This document shows, piece after piece, positions 11,322-24,986 of a stretch of DNA of 64,000 nucleotides. The position numbers were made by a program, and so were the translations under genes. Position 1 is the first letter of the stretch. Each line of letters opens with the position of its first letter. Source of the DNA: Flectonema sp. DT1601 (lineage: Eukaryota); NCBI GenBank assembly GCA_964019425.1, contig OZ025789.1, forward strand, positions 682,001 through 746,000, in the 5' to 3' direction. The notes under the pieces were generated by a model that had not been told where the DNA came from, ran no database searches, and saw only the letters and a list, made by a program, of their open reading frames with translations.

Positions 11322-14300
11322 ATGAGAAATAGATAACTTCACAGCTGTACTCACATGTGTATAATAACATACAACTGATTGATGTTAACATCAGGTAGTC
11401 ATAACTACCTTCGACAACGTATGTTTGTAAAGGCAAGACATTGGTTATTGGTTTCTTTTGACTTAATTCTCGAGGGATAAAAAAAAACACCCGAAAAAAT
11501 GTATTCTATTTTTTTTTTTTGTTTCCTTGACTGCCCTATTGATACGGCGGAAGCTTCCTTTCTTTTTGTGGATTGGCCGGTGTCATTCGGTGGTTTTCTT
11601 TAGTTTACCTCCCCTCTGAGTTTCTTCTGTTTTGGTATGGCTTTGCTTTTTTTATTTTTTTTAAAAAAATTACGTAGGCAAAAAAAAAAAAAAGAAAAAT
11701 GAGAGAAAAAAAATTTCTTCAAAATCTAGTTCATTTAATATTATCAGCATACCGACCCATCTAGTTTCTTTTCCCCGTTCCCCCTTCTTCGCAGTTGGAA
11801 TATTTCAGTCTCAGGGAATTATTGTTTTTTTTTTTTTTTTTTTTTTCTTTTTTATTTTTTTTTTTATTCTTCTTTTCTTTTTAGAAAAAGATAAAAGAAA
11901 GAGAAAAAAAAAGAAGAAAAAAAAGCAAAACAATAAAAGTCATTCCCTAACATTATTTAATTGTTGTTCAACTTTACTGAAGTGGAATCCTGACAAATAA
12001 ATAATTTTTCTGAGCCTTATTCTTATTTTCCAATCTCAAGAAACCTTGAGAAGGAAAATTACTCTGTGTTTTGAGGGGGGGGAAATGTTGGCCTTGTGAC
12101 TTGCCGGCTAATTTTCGTAGATATTATTGTCATTATTTTATTGTTGTAGAGATCAGTAGTAAATCGAGTTCAGTAGAAAAAAGTTTTTAAAAAAAAAAAA
12201 AAAAAAATGAAATAAAGAATCGAAACAGCTCTTTTGCATAGTTCGGTTGTACTGTTTTTTTTTTGCTGGTAGACAAGTTGATTGCTACTCATCTGTACAC
12301 TAATTAATTGGGGAAGGCGGTTGGCTAACGGTGCACCTATTAAAATTTTTGTTGACCTAATTTTTTTTTTTTTTTTTTTTTCTAGTATTGATTAAGAATT
12401 TAACAAAAAAAAAAAAAAAAAAAAAAAAAGACTCTCTTGCTGACAATTGTAACTTTTTTTTAATTTCTTTTATTATTTAAAAGTTTTTTTCAAATTGCTC
12501 TACCCCCTCCTCTCACGTTTATCTTTTTTTTTTTTTTTAATATCCCCATCCCTCTCTTTTGCTGCCTCTTTTTCTTTTTTCTTTTTTTTTTTTTTTTTTT
12601 CCCAGCCCCAGGTAAGCCTCGGTGACGAACCGACGTGCGATAAGGGCGCATTACTTTCTTTCTTTTTTTTTTTTTTTTCCCCTTTGTTCCCCCCAGCTTT
12701 ATGTGTGCACTATCTCCTGTAAGAGTGAGTGGGTCTTCCTATATCTGAATCATTGCTATCCTCTCGTAGTAGATGAATAGTTGTCCGTAAGAAGAAAGAA
12801 ATTCACGCAACGCAGACAACTTAATCGTTGTTGGTGTTTTTATTATTATTCTCCCTCTTATTACTCTCTTTCTTTCTTTTAATATAGAGACAAGCCAGAC
12901 ATAACGTTGTCGGTAAGTCTCTGCCACTACCGGTGCGTAAAATTAAAAAAAAAAATATTAGTCGTAATGAAATACGTTCCTCGTCAGTCACTCGGACCTT
13001 TGGAATGAAATATTTGTAGCAACACTTTCTGTCTTTCTCCCTTTGGATAAGTCTGTTTATTTTTATTATTATTATTATTTGTTTTTTTCTTTTTATCGTA
13101 GACTATTGAGCGAGAATAACAAAAAAAAAAAAAGGTTTTATGGGGATTTATTTTTTAATAGAGTTCCTTCTCTTCTTCCCTTTTGTGTTGTGTATTTTTT
13201 CTTTTTTTAAATCTCTTTTGTCGCGGTGACGCGTGAACGAGAAAAAAAAAATTAAAAAAAAAGAGAATTACCCAACTATATATGTTCGTGCGTACTACTT
13301 TACCGTGGTTAATGCTCAGCCATTTTATATGTGCGTGCCAAAATACACACTCTTTCGGTTCCGTTGGAATGAAATATTTTATGATATGGTGACAGTCGAA
13401 GGATGGAGAGTCGTACTATTAATTACCACAGAAGTGGTACAGTTGATCTTTTCTTTACGAACTAAAAGAAAAAGAGAAAATGAAAAAAAAAAACAATAGA
13501 ATAGTGTCCTAGCATTTCCCCCTCAAAACTCTTCTGTACTACTAGTCTAACTGAGCTACTCGACACTGGCTGGTTAAGATGATGCATCGGAACAATATTT
13601 TTAATTATTTCTTGTTTTTTTTTTTTTTTTTATGTGCACTAATTTAGAAAGAAAAAAAAAAAAGAACGAAAAAAACAATAACCTCTTCCTTGGTATTCTC
13701 TCAATGCGTTTGAGGTATTTCCATGTTTTTTTTTTTTTTTTTTTTTTTTTTGACATATTCATTTTTTTTTGGTCTATTTTCTTGCAACAATAAAAATAGC
13801 AAGGAAGGAACAATTTCTTTTTTTAAGTAAATACTGGGTGGGGGGGGGCCTGGTTTAGTTATTTTTCCCATTTCCTTCCTTTGCTTTGCTTGCTGCAAGG
13901 TGCGAAGTGATTAGCTAGCATAATAATATTATCTAACTTTCTGAGTGAAGAAATTCTTATAAAGAGTGTTTTCTCACTCAGGAGAGAGAAGGGTTCGAGT
14001 ACGTTCAACGCAAGTAATGATTCTTCACCTTAAGTGACTGTGAGAAAGATGCTGCGGGTACGCAAATGCGAATATCAAAAAAGAATTTCACTTTTTTAAT
14101 AAAAAAAAAAAAAAAAAGTAAGATATGCTTTCAATTTCCTTTTGATTGAAAAAAACATTCAATCCCCATCAGACATAAAAAAAACAATTCATTATATTAG
14201 CCCTTCTTCACAATCAAGTAACTTGGTTAAACTTTTTTTTTTTTTTTTTTTTTACCCTTTCGCTTTAAGAGCGCCAGGTGTTTTCTTAATTTTATTAAAC

Positions 14301-15549
14301 TAGCACAACACACACACAACAACGCACGCACGAACACACGAATATTCTACTGAGGAGTGTTGTTTTGTACTAGTACGTAGTTATGTCAGAAACTTTGACA
14401 TAATCGGATATATATTATTTATAAGGGTAGGTCATGTCATCCTTGTAAACGAACATTCGGTTCACGAATAACAGATTTTACTTTCTGGTCTTCTTGTTTT
14501 GTAGCTCTGCTCCCATACCCCCCTGGCTTTAAAAAATAAAATACAAAAAAGGCAGAAGGCAGATCGTTAGAATTTCACTACATAGTAAACTATAAACTGC
14601 GGGGGATTTTGGCTATTTTGTTTTTTTATAATAGTAAAGTGTCCCGTGGTTCCTTCATCCCCCTTAACGTGACCCTAACTACGCTGAATCTGTGTAAAAA
14701 GGGTTTTCAACTATTTTAATTTGTGTGATATGTTCCCCTCGCACCTTACCCTGGGAAGGCCAAAAGGTCTTCTGACGTATGAACCCACAAGTAACTCTTT
14801 TTATTTTTTTTATTTTTATTTTTATTTCTTGTATTCGAAAGCTTCAGTTCTTTTATTGCGAAAATTACTGCAAAAAAAAATAAAGAAAATAAAATTTAAA
14901 AAAAAAAAGGGAATCTTTCGCATTTAAATTGGAAGTGCAAAGATTGACTGCTCTCCCAAATCTCCCCTTCTTTTTTTTTTTTTTGGCTTTTTAAAAAAAG
15001 CTGGTTTTATGTTTATAAATTCAGACTCAAACGCAGCCTGGAAAAATATCCCTTTTCCCTCCAACAACCAGTTTAACATCGTATTATATTGACCTTAATT
15101 TACTTTACTCCCCTTAACTAGTTTCTTTTTACTTTTTTTTTTTTTTTTTTTTGGCAGCATCCCCATTCTCTTTCTCACCCATTTCTTCTTTTCTTTTCGT
15201 ACTGATTGTACCTGGTTTCTACCGTACAATATTTCAGTCCTTATGAATCAGAGACAGGATTTTTTTTTTGTGTATAAAAAAAGACTTATCAAATATGGAG
15301 AGAAAAGAAATGTTGCAGTTGTCAACATTTTTTTTTTTTAATCCTAACCTTAGTATTCTCTTATGATAAAGTTACATTCTAACTATTTTATGAGATCATC
15401 AGAGAAAAAAAAATAAAAAAGAATTATTTTAAAAAACGTTAAAAACAGGGTGGTAGAGGTGACGTGGTATTATACCACGTCCCCAAAAAAATAGTCGTTT
15501 TTTTTTTTTTTTTTTTTTTATTCATTTCAAGAATCAACGTGTTTTTTTT

Positions 15550-15580
<31 letters not shown>

Positions 15581-18064
15581 CTTTCCCTCAATCACCAGTC
15601 CTCGGTAGGTCGCTTTACTTGTTCAGATGTTATTATTTTTTTTTTCCAGCGATCGAGTCTTTGTGGTTCTTAAATTCACAAAGGCGAGTACTCTGATGCA
15701 GCGATTTCGACAGCTTCTTCAGTGATCGAAAAAAATGGTTTTGTTTTTGATTTTTTTTTTCTTTTTAAAAAAAGAACGTTGACGGGCAACTGGCTGATGA
15801 AAGTGCCATTACTGGGAACAACAAAACAACAACAGAACTCAACCATATTGTTAAAGAATGTTACGGTATTGAAGCAGAAACATTCTATTTGGCGTATAAT
15901 CTTTTACGTTATAGAACATTACTATGGACCTTGAAAAGCATTAACGGCGGATACACGCTGGGAATACCGATTATTCCGTTGGCTTTGATGCTCGTTTTTT
16001 TTTCTTCTCTTTTTTTCTTTCCCGTTAATTTACATTTCACATTCTTTCACATCATTTATTACGTTAAATTCAAAATATGTTTTTTTTTTTTTTTCTTCTT
16101 TCCCTTCATTTCTGAAGTTATTTTTTTTTTTTCCGTGCAGCCTTTCATTTTTTACCTAACACAGTAACGTCGGGTAATGAACAGATGAAATGATTCTGTG
16201 TAGACATCGGAACGTCTTCACAGGTAAGTGATATTTGTATTACGGGTTGTCTGTTGTGAAGGCTCCGGGAAAAAAAAAACAAAACAAAAAAAGTCAAGTT
16301 TTTAAAATCAAATAATGATTCTATTGGACCTACCGTCTGCTTCGTGCATGCAGTGGGTCTCTAGTGGTATCACAACCTTCTGGTCAATGTAAGTCTCTTC
16401 TCGCCTGTGAGAGTCTCACGGTTGTGGTCTGAATGACTAACTTTTCCAGAAGTTTGAACTCCCTGACTTCAAGAACAAAAAGCCATTGGAGGGAAGGGCA
16501 TGTTTTTAAAAAAAAAAAAAAAAAAAATTCCAGTCTAGATAGACACTAACGTTTTTTTTTAAAAAAAAGTTTTTTTTTTTTTTGAAAAGAAAAATTATAA
16601 CCTTTTTTTTATTTGTTTGGTATTTTTATTCTATTCATCGTCTAACGTTTGACAAAAAGACACTAAATAATAGTTGGATATTAACTAACTACTATGTTGT
16701 TATTTTAATGGGAAAAAATCTTCCATTTATTCACAAATCATCCCTCTTTCCTCGGTACGAGCGATATCTGATGGTAATATATTGTTTATTGAGCTGTGGA
16801 ATCCTCACCCCTTGTTTTTTTTTTCTTTTTTTGTTGTTGATTTCTTGTTTTTGTTTTTTATTGTGTGTTACATGTTGCATAACACACTCTGATTGGCGGC
16901 TTGGCACAAGTTGCTTGGTAGTGCTTTCAACACATGTATCGAATCTGTACATGTGTCCTTTTTAACATCGTTTCTTTTATAACCCTCCCTATTAGTGTGT
17001 ATGCACGGGTTATTCGTGTTGCATGCTTGTCTGTTTTTTTTCCTTTTTATATGAAAAACTTTTTTTTTTTCCTTCTTCTTTTCACTCTTTTTCTTTGGTT
17101 CTCTATTCTTATCACAGGTTTTTGCTAAATCACGCCGAAAATAAAAAAAAAAATAAAAATAAGACGAAGGTACTACGGACAGAGTTCAAAAAATATTTTT
17201 TTGTTCTTCTTTCTCGTTACTTTCTTCTTTCAGCTATCTAAAGCAAGCCTGTTCTTGTTGTAGTGTTGTGGTAGCGTGTTTACAGTGTGTGGCGTTGTGT
17301 TTTGAGTTCTTTCGAAAGAAGAAAGGTTAGTGATAACAATTCCCCTCCCCTCTAAAAGGGAAAAAAAAAAAAAAAAAAACTTAGGACCCCAATTGTGTGA
17401 GTGCTATATGGTTGAAAACTATATTTTTGCACTTTTTACAAAACCCCCCAGTCCTGAACAGTTGTTCATCGAATCTATCTATTTTTTTTTTTTAAAATAG
17501 TACCCCCTTAGCGGATGATGTCCTTAATTGGGGAATAGTAAAGAGACGTTGGATTCCTTCACTTCTTCTTATTTGATTAGAATTTGTTCACTGAATCCAG
17601 TGGGCAGGTACTATTAAGATGAATTCCTATTATTGCGAGTTGCTTTTTCAGATACGGAGAGTTACACCACAACCTACCTTTGGAACACTAGACGTGTTGC
17701 GATTTTTCTTGCGAAGTGTTCGTAAAATGTTTTCAAAGGTTCGTGAGGTGGGGAAAAGTTGTTGCGCAGTTTATTTCTTCCCCCCCTTTTTTTTTTTTTT
17801 TTTTTTTTCTTCTTAATCGATGTTATATAAATCAAGGATCACCCCCACCCATCCACTTCCCGTTATCATCTCTCAATTGTTCGTATCGATAGATCTCCAG
17901 TGTGCAGCGCATACTCGCTATTGTGTCCAATGTACGTTTCATCCCACAAACAGTATTTTTAAGGGTGTGAGACGATGTGACTTTTTTGTTTAGGTGATTC
18001 GTGTTTTGGAGTTTTTTTTACCGAATTTTCTCTAGTTAGGACCAACAGTAAAAAAAAAAAAAAA

Positions 18065-20301
18065 ATGTCCTTCGACTTGCCGAATGGCACGAAAGTGCTC
18101 GTCGTAAATAATTTAATAAAATTAAGAAGTTTGATTGATGAGTCAGGTGATCTCGAATGGGATGATTCGTATTTATCAACACCAGGAGCTGTCGGTACTG
18201 TTGTGGGAACTGACGAAGACGGAACGATTGCTGTAGAAATTGAAGGTGTTCCAGAAGTAGAAGGAGATCAATTATTCTATCCGAGAGAAGCTCTCGAATG
18301 CGCAAACGATGACCAGCAATTAACCAACAGCATCTGCTCCAATACGAATGTTATAATTCCTCCAAGTGTTTCGAACAACAGTTCAATGCGTCGTATCAAT
18401 TCAATCACCGAACTCGCAGAAAGTCGCCTCCTCTCCTCCTGCATTGGAATGGGATTCCTAGCTGCTCTTGTTGGATACGAATGGACAATATTTACAAAAC
18501 AGTTTTTATTAATTCAATATCAATCTGATAAGACTCACCGATCTGATGTATTGACATCAAGTCAACAAGTAACGTTGTGGGGTGTAACGTATTCACTGGC
18601 AATATTAAGTTCTTTAGTAAGTGGATATTTAATTCAAAAAGGGAGAAAGTGTACAGCTCTGACAGCTATCTCATTGTACAGCGTTGGGACTGTGGTTGGT
18701 ATGCTTTTTTTTAAAAAAGTTTTTTTTTGCATTTAACAAGTATTGTAAGAACGAAAAAGAATGTTGGCAGCACACGTAAACCTCCTTTAGCTTTATCAGT
18801 TTAAGTCGGTTCACGGTTTCGTGCACAAACAAAAAATCACAGTGTTATATCATTATTTTCTGTAGTTGAAGTTAAAGCCAATTCTTTTTTGTTTTTGACT
18901 TATTGTGTGATAGAAGTTGCAAGGAGAAAACGAAAATAACATAAAACAATACCAGGAGCCGGATCCAACGGCATGGGAACACTACTCTGTGGTCAAATAC
19001 TAATTGGATTTAGTTTGGGGATGTTGTTGACTGCACCTGCTGCGTATCTATCAGAAGTGATGCTTGAAAGAGGAAAAGGAATAGCTGGTCTCATAACAAT
19101 GATTCATTTAGGAAGCACTGCAGCAACAGTAAACACTCTTTGCTTTAAAGGTGCTGCAGTTGATGGAGGTTGGAGATGGTTACTTGGGTTGGTCGGGATT
19201 CCTTGTTGTCTTCTTTATGTGTTGATGTGTAGACTCCCTGAATCACCAATATATTTAGTTAGAAAGGGACAAGTTGATGATGCGATTAAGAATCTTAAAA
19301 AACTATCAAACACTCACAGTGCTAGATTAATACTCGACTCTGCCTTGTCGATTAGCCAGGACTACCCTGCTGGAAGTAACAGAATTGGGCTGAGAAAATT
19401 TGTGAGAAAAAATAAGGAACTAATTGCTGTTTCTCTGCTGATGATGTGCATGGCGGAGACTGCTCGCACAATTCTTGAAATCTATACTCCTATTCTGTTG
19501 TCTCGTTTGTTGTGGAATGAACCGACGACTAGATCATCTGTTTTATATTCAAATTTAGTAACCATCCTAGTGGCTGTTATTGGTTCACTATTAGGTTTCT
19601 TAATAGTCGAAAAACTTCCAAGAAGGAGACTACTGTTCGCGTCTTGTGCAGTTACTTGTGTCTTAGGATTGGCTTCAGCACTTATTCTGTACCTTGGTCA
19701 ATCTGGTATTGTTGCAATGTTAATGTTAATTAGTATTCTTGTTCACTCTGTAGGCTATGGCATTGTTCCTCTTCTGTATACCTGTGAGATCTTTCCACTT
19801 CAATATCGGGAACATGGGATAGCGTTTTCTGTAATTGGATATTGGGTTTCTAAGATGGCTGTCCGGCTTGCCTGCTCTCCTGATGTGAGTGATAAGAACA
19901 TAGTCGCGTTCTTGTTTAGCGTGGCAGTTGTTTCATTCTTCACCTGCAATATCGCATACTACATGGCTGCTGAGACAAGAGGTCTGACTATTGCTCATTG
20001 CAGTAAAAACTTGACTCAGATTGGTAGACCTCGCTCTATGAGTCTCAGTGCGACCGGCACGCAACTCATTGAGGGGGAAAGTGGAAACGGTGATGACGAA
20101 CCTCACGAGTCTACTTCACCTGCAGAAACATCTCAACTTTTTGTTTCTAACAACATCTCTCCACTCTCTGCTACTTCAAGAGAATCTCCTCATCTCTCGC
20201 ACACTGTGCCTAAGAAACGTAAACAGAATAAGGGTAATTCCCTCAGCAGTAGTTTCGCAACTAACGGAGGAGAAGAGATGATAGCCACAACAAGTGTTTA
20301 A
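18065..20301 (+). CDS. MFS sugar-porter-family transporter with N-terminal Mind-bomb SH3-like repeat; 2 exons (intron 18699-18955)
   Basis: Sugar-porter motifs GRK, YLSE, LPESPIYL, VEKLPRRRLL, EIFPLQYR and AETRG. Intron GTATGC..ACCAG joins in frame (VVG-AGSNGMG). Confidence 0.85.
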
Positions 20302-21311
20302 TTAATCACATCACACTATTAGATGACCTGTTTGCATTCACCACGGCTGACACACAATTTTATGAAATAACTCGTATAGGAATTGAAGTTGTAATTGTGC
20401 GTCGCTGGTCGCAATGACGTCTAATGTAGTGTAACAGGTTCCTGTCTAGATAGCAATCATCGGGCGAACTCTGAAGTTACATTAGACTAGTAGCAGTCAG
20501 TATAGCTCCTGTTGATTTCATCATTCGTTTTCCTCCCCCAACTCAAACCCACCAACTATGTTCAGTAGTATTTGGTTTCTTTTTTGGTTCTCCCCCCTCC
20601 ACACCCTCAGCTGACGGATTATTTGAATCTTGAAATTCAAAACAAGAGTAAGAGTCGACTAGCTTTGCGGATATCAATTTGAAATGACCAACGTTGTTAC
20701 AATTTATTTTTCTAAAATATTGCGTGTTGTAATTTTTTTTTATTTTTTTTTCTTCGCGGCTCCGCGAGTTGTTTCATGCGTGTGGCTTCAGTTGACCTGA
20801 CTAGTCTGCCTGGTAGCCAATTCCGAACCTAACATTAAAAACATCTTGTTTTTATTATTAACAAACTAAATTGAGTACGAAACTAACCTTTTATTGTTGT
20901 AGTTCATCTGTAAGGGGCAAAAGCTAAATCATGGTAGAAGGGAAAGAAAGAAAAAAAAAAAAAAGTAGGAACCTCGCCCTAAAGAAAAAAAAAAAAAAAG
21001 AATATAAAAAAAAAAATAAATATAAAATAAAATAAAAGGCCACAGTTAGAGGATGACAGAAAAATTCTTCTGTGGCAGTTATTTAATTGCAATCCCGATT
21101 GGCTCATCAAATTTCATTCTTCGATTGCGATATTGTTTTCGTGTTCTTCAAAAGAAAAAAAAAAAGGATAGAAAAAAAAAAAAAAAATTTGCCTTCGGAG
21201 TTTTTCTTTCGTATAGTTGTCTGCAGACTTCTGTTTTTTTGTAAAAAATAATGTTCTCTCTGTTTTTTTTTTTCTAAATAATCATTTCTTGTTTATTCAG
21301 TACAAAAATAA

Positions 21312-23789
21312 ATGACAAGAGCACCCATATGTGGTACCATTCCTATCAGACGCCCACAACTAACACCGCTTCCTGTAGAGCAGCATCTTCCTGGAATACC
21401 AGCTAAGAAGTACACAGGAGCTCGTCACTTACCAGATTATGATGTTGCTTTGAAAGAATCGTCAATACTGTTGCCGCTCCCGCCGCAGAAAAAAGTAACA
21501 AATCAATCTGGAGGTGGAAAGATAATAACTTCGTACCCTAGGAAAGCAAGCAGAGGAAAACCTTTTCTCATTCGGGAAATTGAAGGCTATCTCACTGATG
21601 AATTACGAGCTGCTGAAGAGTCAAACGGTTGTCCTTTAGAAGAAGGCTGTCGCAGTAGGTTTGTCGCCTTGTTTTTATTGAATTCCTATCTGAGAAGTCG
21701 CAGGTCAAATCAATAAAACAGATACGTCATCTTCCGCAATGCTCTTCATATCTTTAAATCTCATCTTCCAACTTATGATAATGTGCTTTCGATAATAATG
21801 CGAGAGTTTGACTACTGCATTACAGCAAGTTATGAGAAAGCAGGTGAAAATGACAGTCTGAGAAAACACCTTCTCGATGAGGCAAATCAAAAGGTTTGTT
21901 ATTTTTGTGCAATGAAAATATCAACAAAACGTTACGTAACAATCACCACATCCACACAGGAATTGGCAATCGCAGAGATGGAACGCACCCACCGCGAAGA
22001 GCTGATGGTCATCCTGCAGGAAGCTCAAAAAACTAGAATCGATAATCTACTCAGCAGTCCAATTGAAACTTTGAATAAAGAAATTCAGAAATATAAAAGT
22101 CAAGCCCAGTCATTAGAATGGGAAAACAAACAACTGATTGAGAGGAACAGACACAGCGCCGCAGACGACTCGAGTGATGTGGAGGGATCGCTGCCTTCAG
22201 ATATCGTTCGTAAATTAGATACTTTCATCGTCTCGCTATCTCAGACGGTGATGCAGAGTTTGAATCTAAATAAAACTCTTCGTTCTGAGTGTGATGATCT
22301 ACGTAAGCAACATCAACAGGTGTGTTACTCGTTACCTTTGATAAGGCAAGGGTATTAATGTTTTCAATTTATAATATCAAACAGCTGACTGAATCACTCG
22401 ACAGAGCTCTTTCAAGAGTTGAAGCAGTTCAGGAACAGAAGACAACTTTATCTGATGAATTGGCTAAGATTACAACTTCTTATCGAGCACTTGAATTAGA
22501 AGCAAAACGATTCTCGTCAGAATCATCAACGACAAAGATCACTCGTTTGCAAGAGCAACTGAGAGATCTTCGTAAGAATTCAAGAGAGCAACACACTCGA
22601 TTACTTGAGGCATATAAGAAATGCTGTTCTTTAGAAAAACTTGTTCTCAATTCGAATGACGTGGAGAAGACTGGAATGTTGTCATTACAAGTGAGGGCAC
22701 TAGTTCCTGAGGGAATTGGAAACGGTGTTTCTAAATTATTAGAAACGACTTCAACATCTCTGATTGCGAATGATAATTTAAATCTTTTTGATGTGCTGAA
22801 TGAATTAGAAAATTTTTGGATCTCCAAAAATAAAATGGATCAGATCAGCGATGAGGAACTACTTCTAAAACACGTCTCCAAAAAATTTCAAAATGACGAG
22901 ACTGAAACATGTCACTATTTAGCTAATCTTCTGACTGCTGTACAACGATTTCAGTACCATAGCGATTGCAAGTTGTTATTAAAAGTATTAAATCGAAGGT
23001 TGAGTTCTCAGATATGGTTTGTTTGACTTTACCATACGTCATACGTGATTTAAAAAAAAAAAGTAATAATAAAACCGAATACACAAATAGGTATCAACAG
23101 CGTAGTGAAATCGAACAACTGCAAACTTTACTTTCGAGTAAAACATCAATTTCAAAGAAGGAGATTATTTCAGTTATCACGTTAGCATTCCCAAGTAAAT
23201 CAGTATCGAATGCTGTTGAGTTGTACCATGCTTTGTGTCCACACAATAAAGTTCCGACATCACAGGTATCGGATTCTCTTGTTTAGTTTTTTTTGGTGTT
23301 TGGTTTTTTGCTCTAAAAAAGAGAGAAAAAAAAAAAAAAAACGAAAAACAGTCTCTGAAGGAATCCGTTGAAGGATTTAAACTTCAGGAGTTAATTAAAA
23401 TACAACTCTTGGAAGAATCTCAACTATTCCTGTTGCAGATTGAAGAAGGAATCAGAACTTTAATAAAAGACGTCAATCAGACTACTTCTGATAGAGTTCG
23501 AGTTAGTAATGTTGTCGACATTATTACTCAACTTGATCCAATACAATCTGAAGGGGAGTTGATGAAGTTATTGTGTGGATGTGTACCAGACGGTATCTCT
23601 ACTTCTGAGTCACGTGAGAACAGTTTAAATCCAATAATTGATAACTTTGAGAACTTTATCACTGCAATGAGAGTTTCTTCTGCTTGGATTCGGAAGACGA
23701 AAACACTGACGGAGGAATCACTCTTTAATGTGTTGGATGTAATCTCTTCATCAAGTCAAGCTGATGAGGAGCCCAGCCCTCCAGTGTGA
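21312..23789 (+). CDS. TSNAXIP1-like (translin-associated factor X-interacting N-terminal domain) coiled-coil protein; 6 exons (introns 21659-21721, 21894-21959, 22320-22384, 23017-23090, 23266-23351)
   Basis: The spliced N-terminus KPFLIREIEGYLTDEL...RYVIFRNALHIFKSHLPTYDNVLSIIMREFD resembles TSNAXIP1_N (recognised from memory). All five GT-AG introns restore one frame. Confidence 0.65.
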
Positions 23790-24046
23790 CGTCAACAGAT
23801 TTTAGTAGTTTTTAGACACGTGCTATTTGATAATAATTTCATCACTTCTGTGTTTGTTATTTATTCTCAATATTAGTTTGGTTTGCAATTTTTCTCTTAC
23901 TTCTGTAGGTGAAGGTTTTGCCCTTTCAGTTACACTTTTGTAAGTTTTGTTTTTATTTGTTTTATGTACCTGCTGTAGATCAGCTGTTAGTTTATGATAC
24001 CGAGTCTGGCAGATTAATATCTGAAAATATGTTATTTCAGTTTAGG

Positions 24047-24901
24047 ATGACCACACTAGATGATAGTCCTCCTCCTGTTACAACAAAAAGACTAAAAGCA
24101 AAGCGTCAGAGGAATGCAACCCAACCCCATCGACTACCAGATGGTAAAGTTATGATGGATGCGAGTGTTGGAATACTCTCAACCATAAGAGACGGTGATA
24201 TCACAGCTGTTGAAAATGAAATATCAAACCCGACTGATGGGATTCAGTGCGACTTAGTAGTTGACAGACATCGAAGTAATGCCATGCATTGGGCAGCAGG
24301 GGGGGGACACCTCAAAATATGTGAACTTTTGTTCAATGAATTCGGAGACAAGTATTTAGTGGCCGTCAACAAGGACGGCAGAAATGCTCTTCACTGGGCA
24401 GCTAGAAATGGTCACATCCCAGTGATGGAGTGGTTGCTATCAAAAGGCTTCAACATCGATACTCCCACCAAGAGTGGAAATACAGCACTTCACTGGGCAA
24501 TATGGGGAGCTCAATTGGAAGCTTGTAAGTGGTTGGTTCAATCTGGTGCGAGCCTTCATTTAGAAAATGAAACCTGTTGTACAGCTGTTCATTGGGCAGC
24601 AGCAAAAGGAAATATTCTAATTTGTGAATATCTTCTTTCTATTGGAGCTGACTTTTCTGCTATCAATTCTGCCGGTCACGGTGTTGTTACAAAAGCTGCC
24701 TGGGAAGGACACACAAAACTAGTTCAGTATTTCCTCGATGATTTAAAATTAACTTCTCAAATTAACTTAATTGACGTCCACGGCATGACTGCTGCTGGAC
24801 TAGCCAGAAAGAATGGGCACAATGAAGTAGCGGATTTGATTGAGCAACACGGTCGGCAGGATGCTAAGAGTGGGAGTTCTGATTTGCCTGCCCAGAGCTA
24901 G
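24047..24901 (+). CDS. Ankyrin-repeat protein
   Basis: About 6 ankyrin repeats (AMHWAAGGGH, ALHWAARNGH, ALHWAIWGAQ, AVHWAAAKGN). Probable ATG at 24047 after an AG acceptor. Confidence 0.9.
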   Translation: MTTLDDSPPPVTTKRLKAKRQRNATQPHRLPDGKVMMDASVGILSTIRDGDITAVENEISNPTDGIQCDLVVDRHRSNAMHWAAGGGHLKICELLFNEFGDKYLVAVNKDGRNALHWAARNGHIPVMEWLLSKGFNIDTPTKSGNTALHWAIWGAQLEACKWLVQSGASLHLENETCCTAVHWAAAKGNILICEYLLSIGADFSAINSAGHGVVTKAAWEGHTKLVQYFLDDLKLTSQINLIDVHGMTAAGLARKNGHNEVADLIEQHGRQDAKSGSSDLPAQS

Positions 24902-24986
24902 ATTGAAGTCACAGATATTTGTATTTAATAATTAATTAGATAAAGTTTACTTTACTTAATCACTGCAGAGTAATAAAACATAAATA

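Noticed and set aside
11400..17900. Many 60-130 aa ORFs rich in F and K
   Set aside because: They are translations of poly-T/poly-A tracts, with no coding-like composition or motifs.
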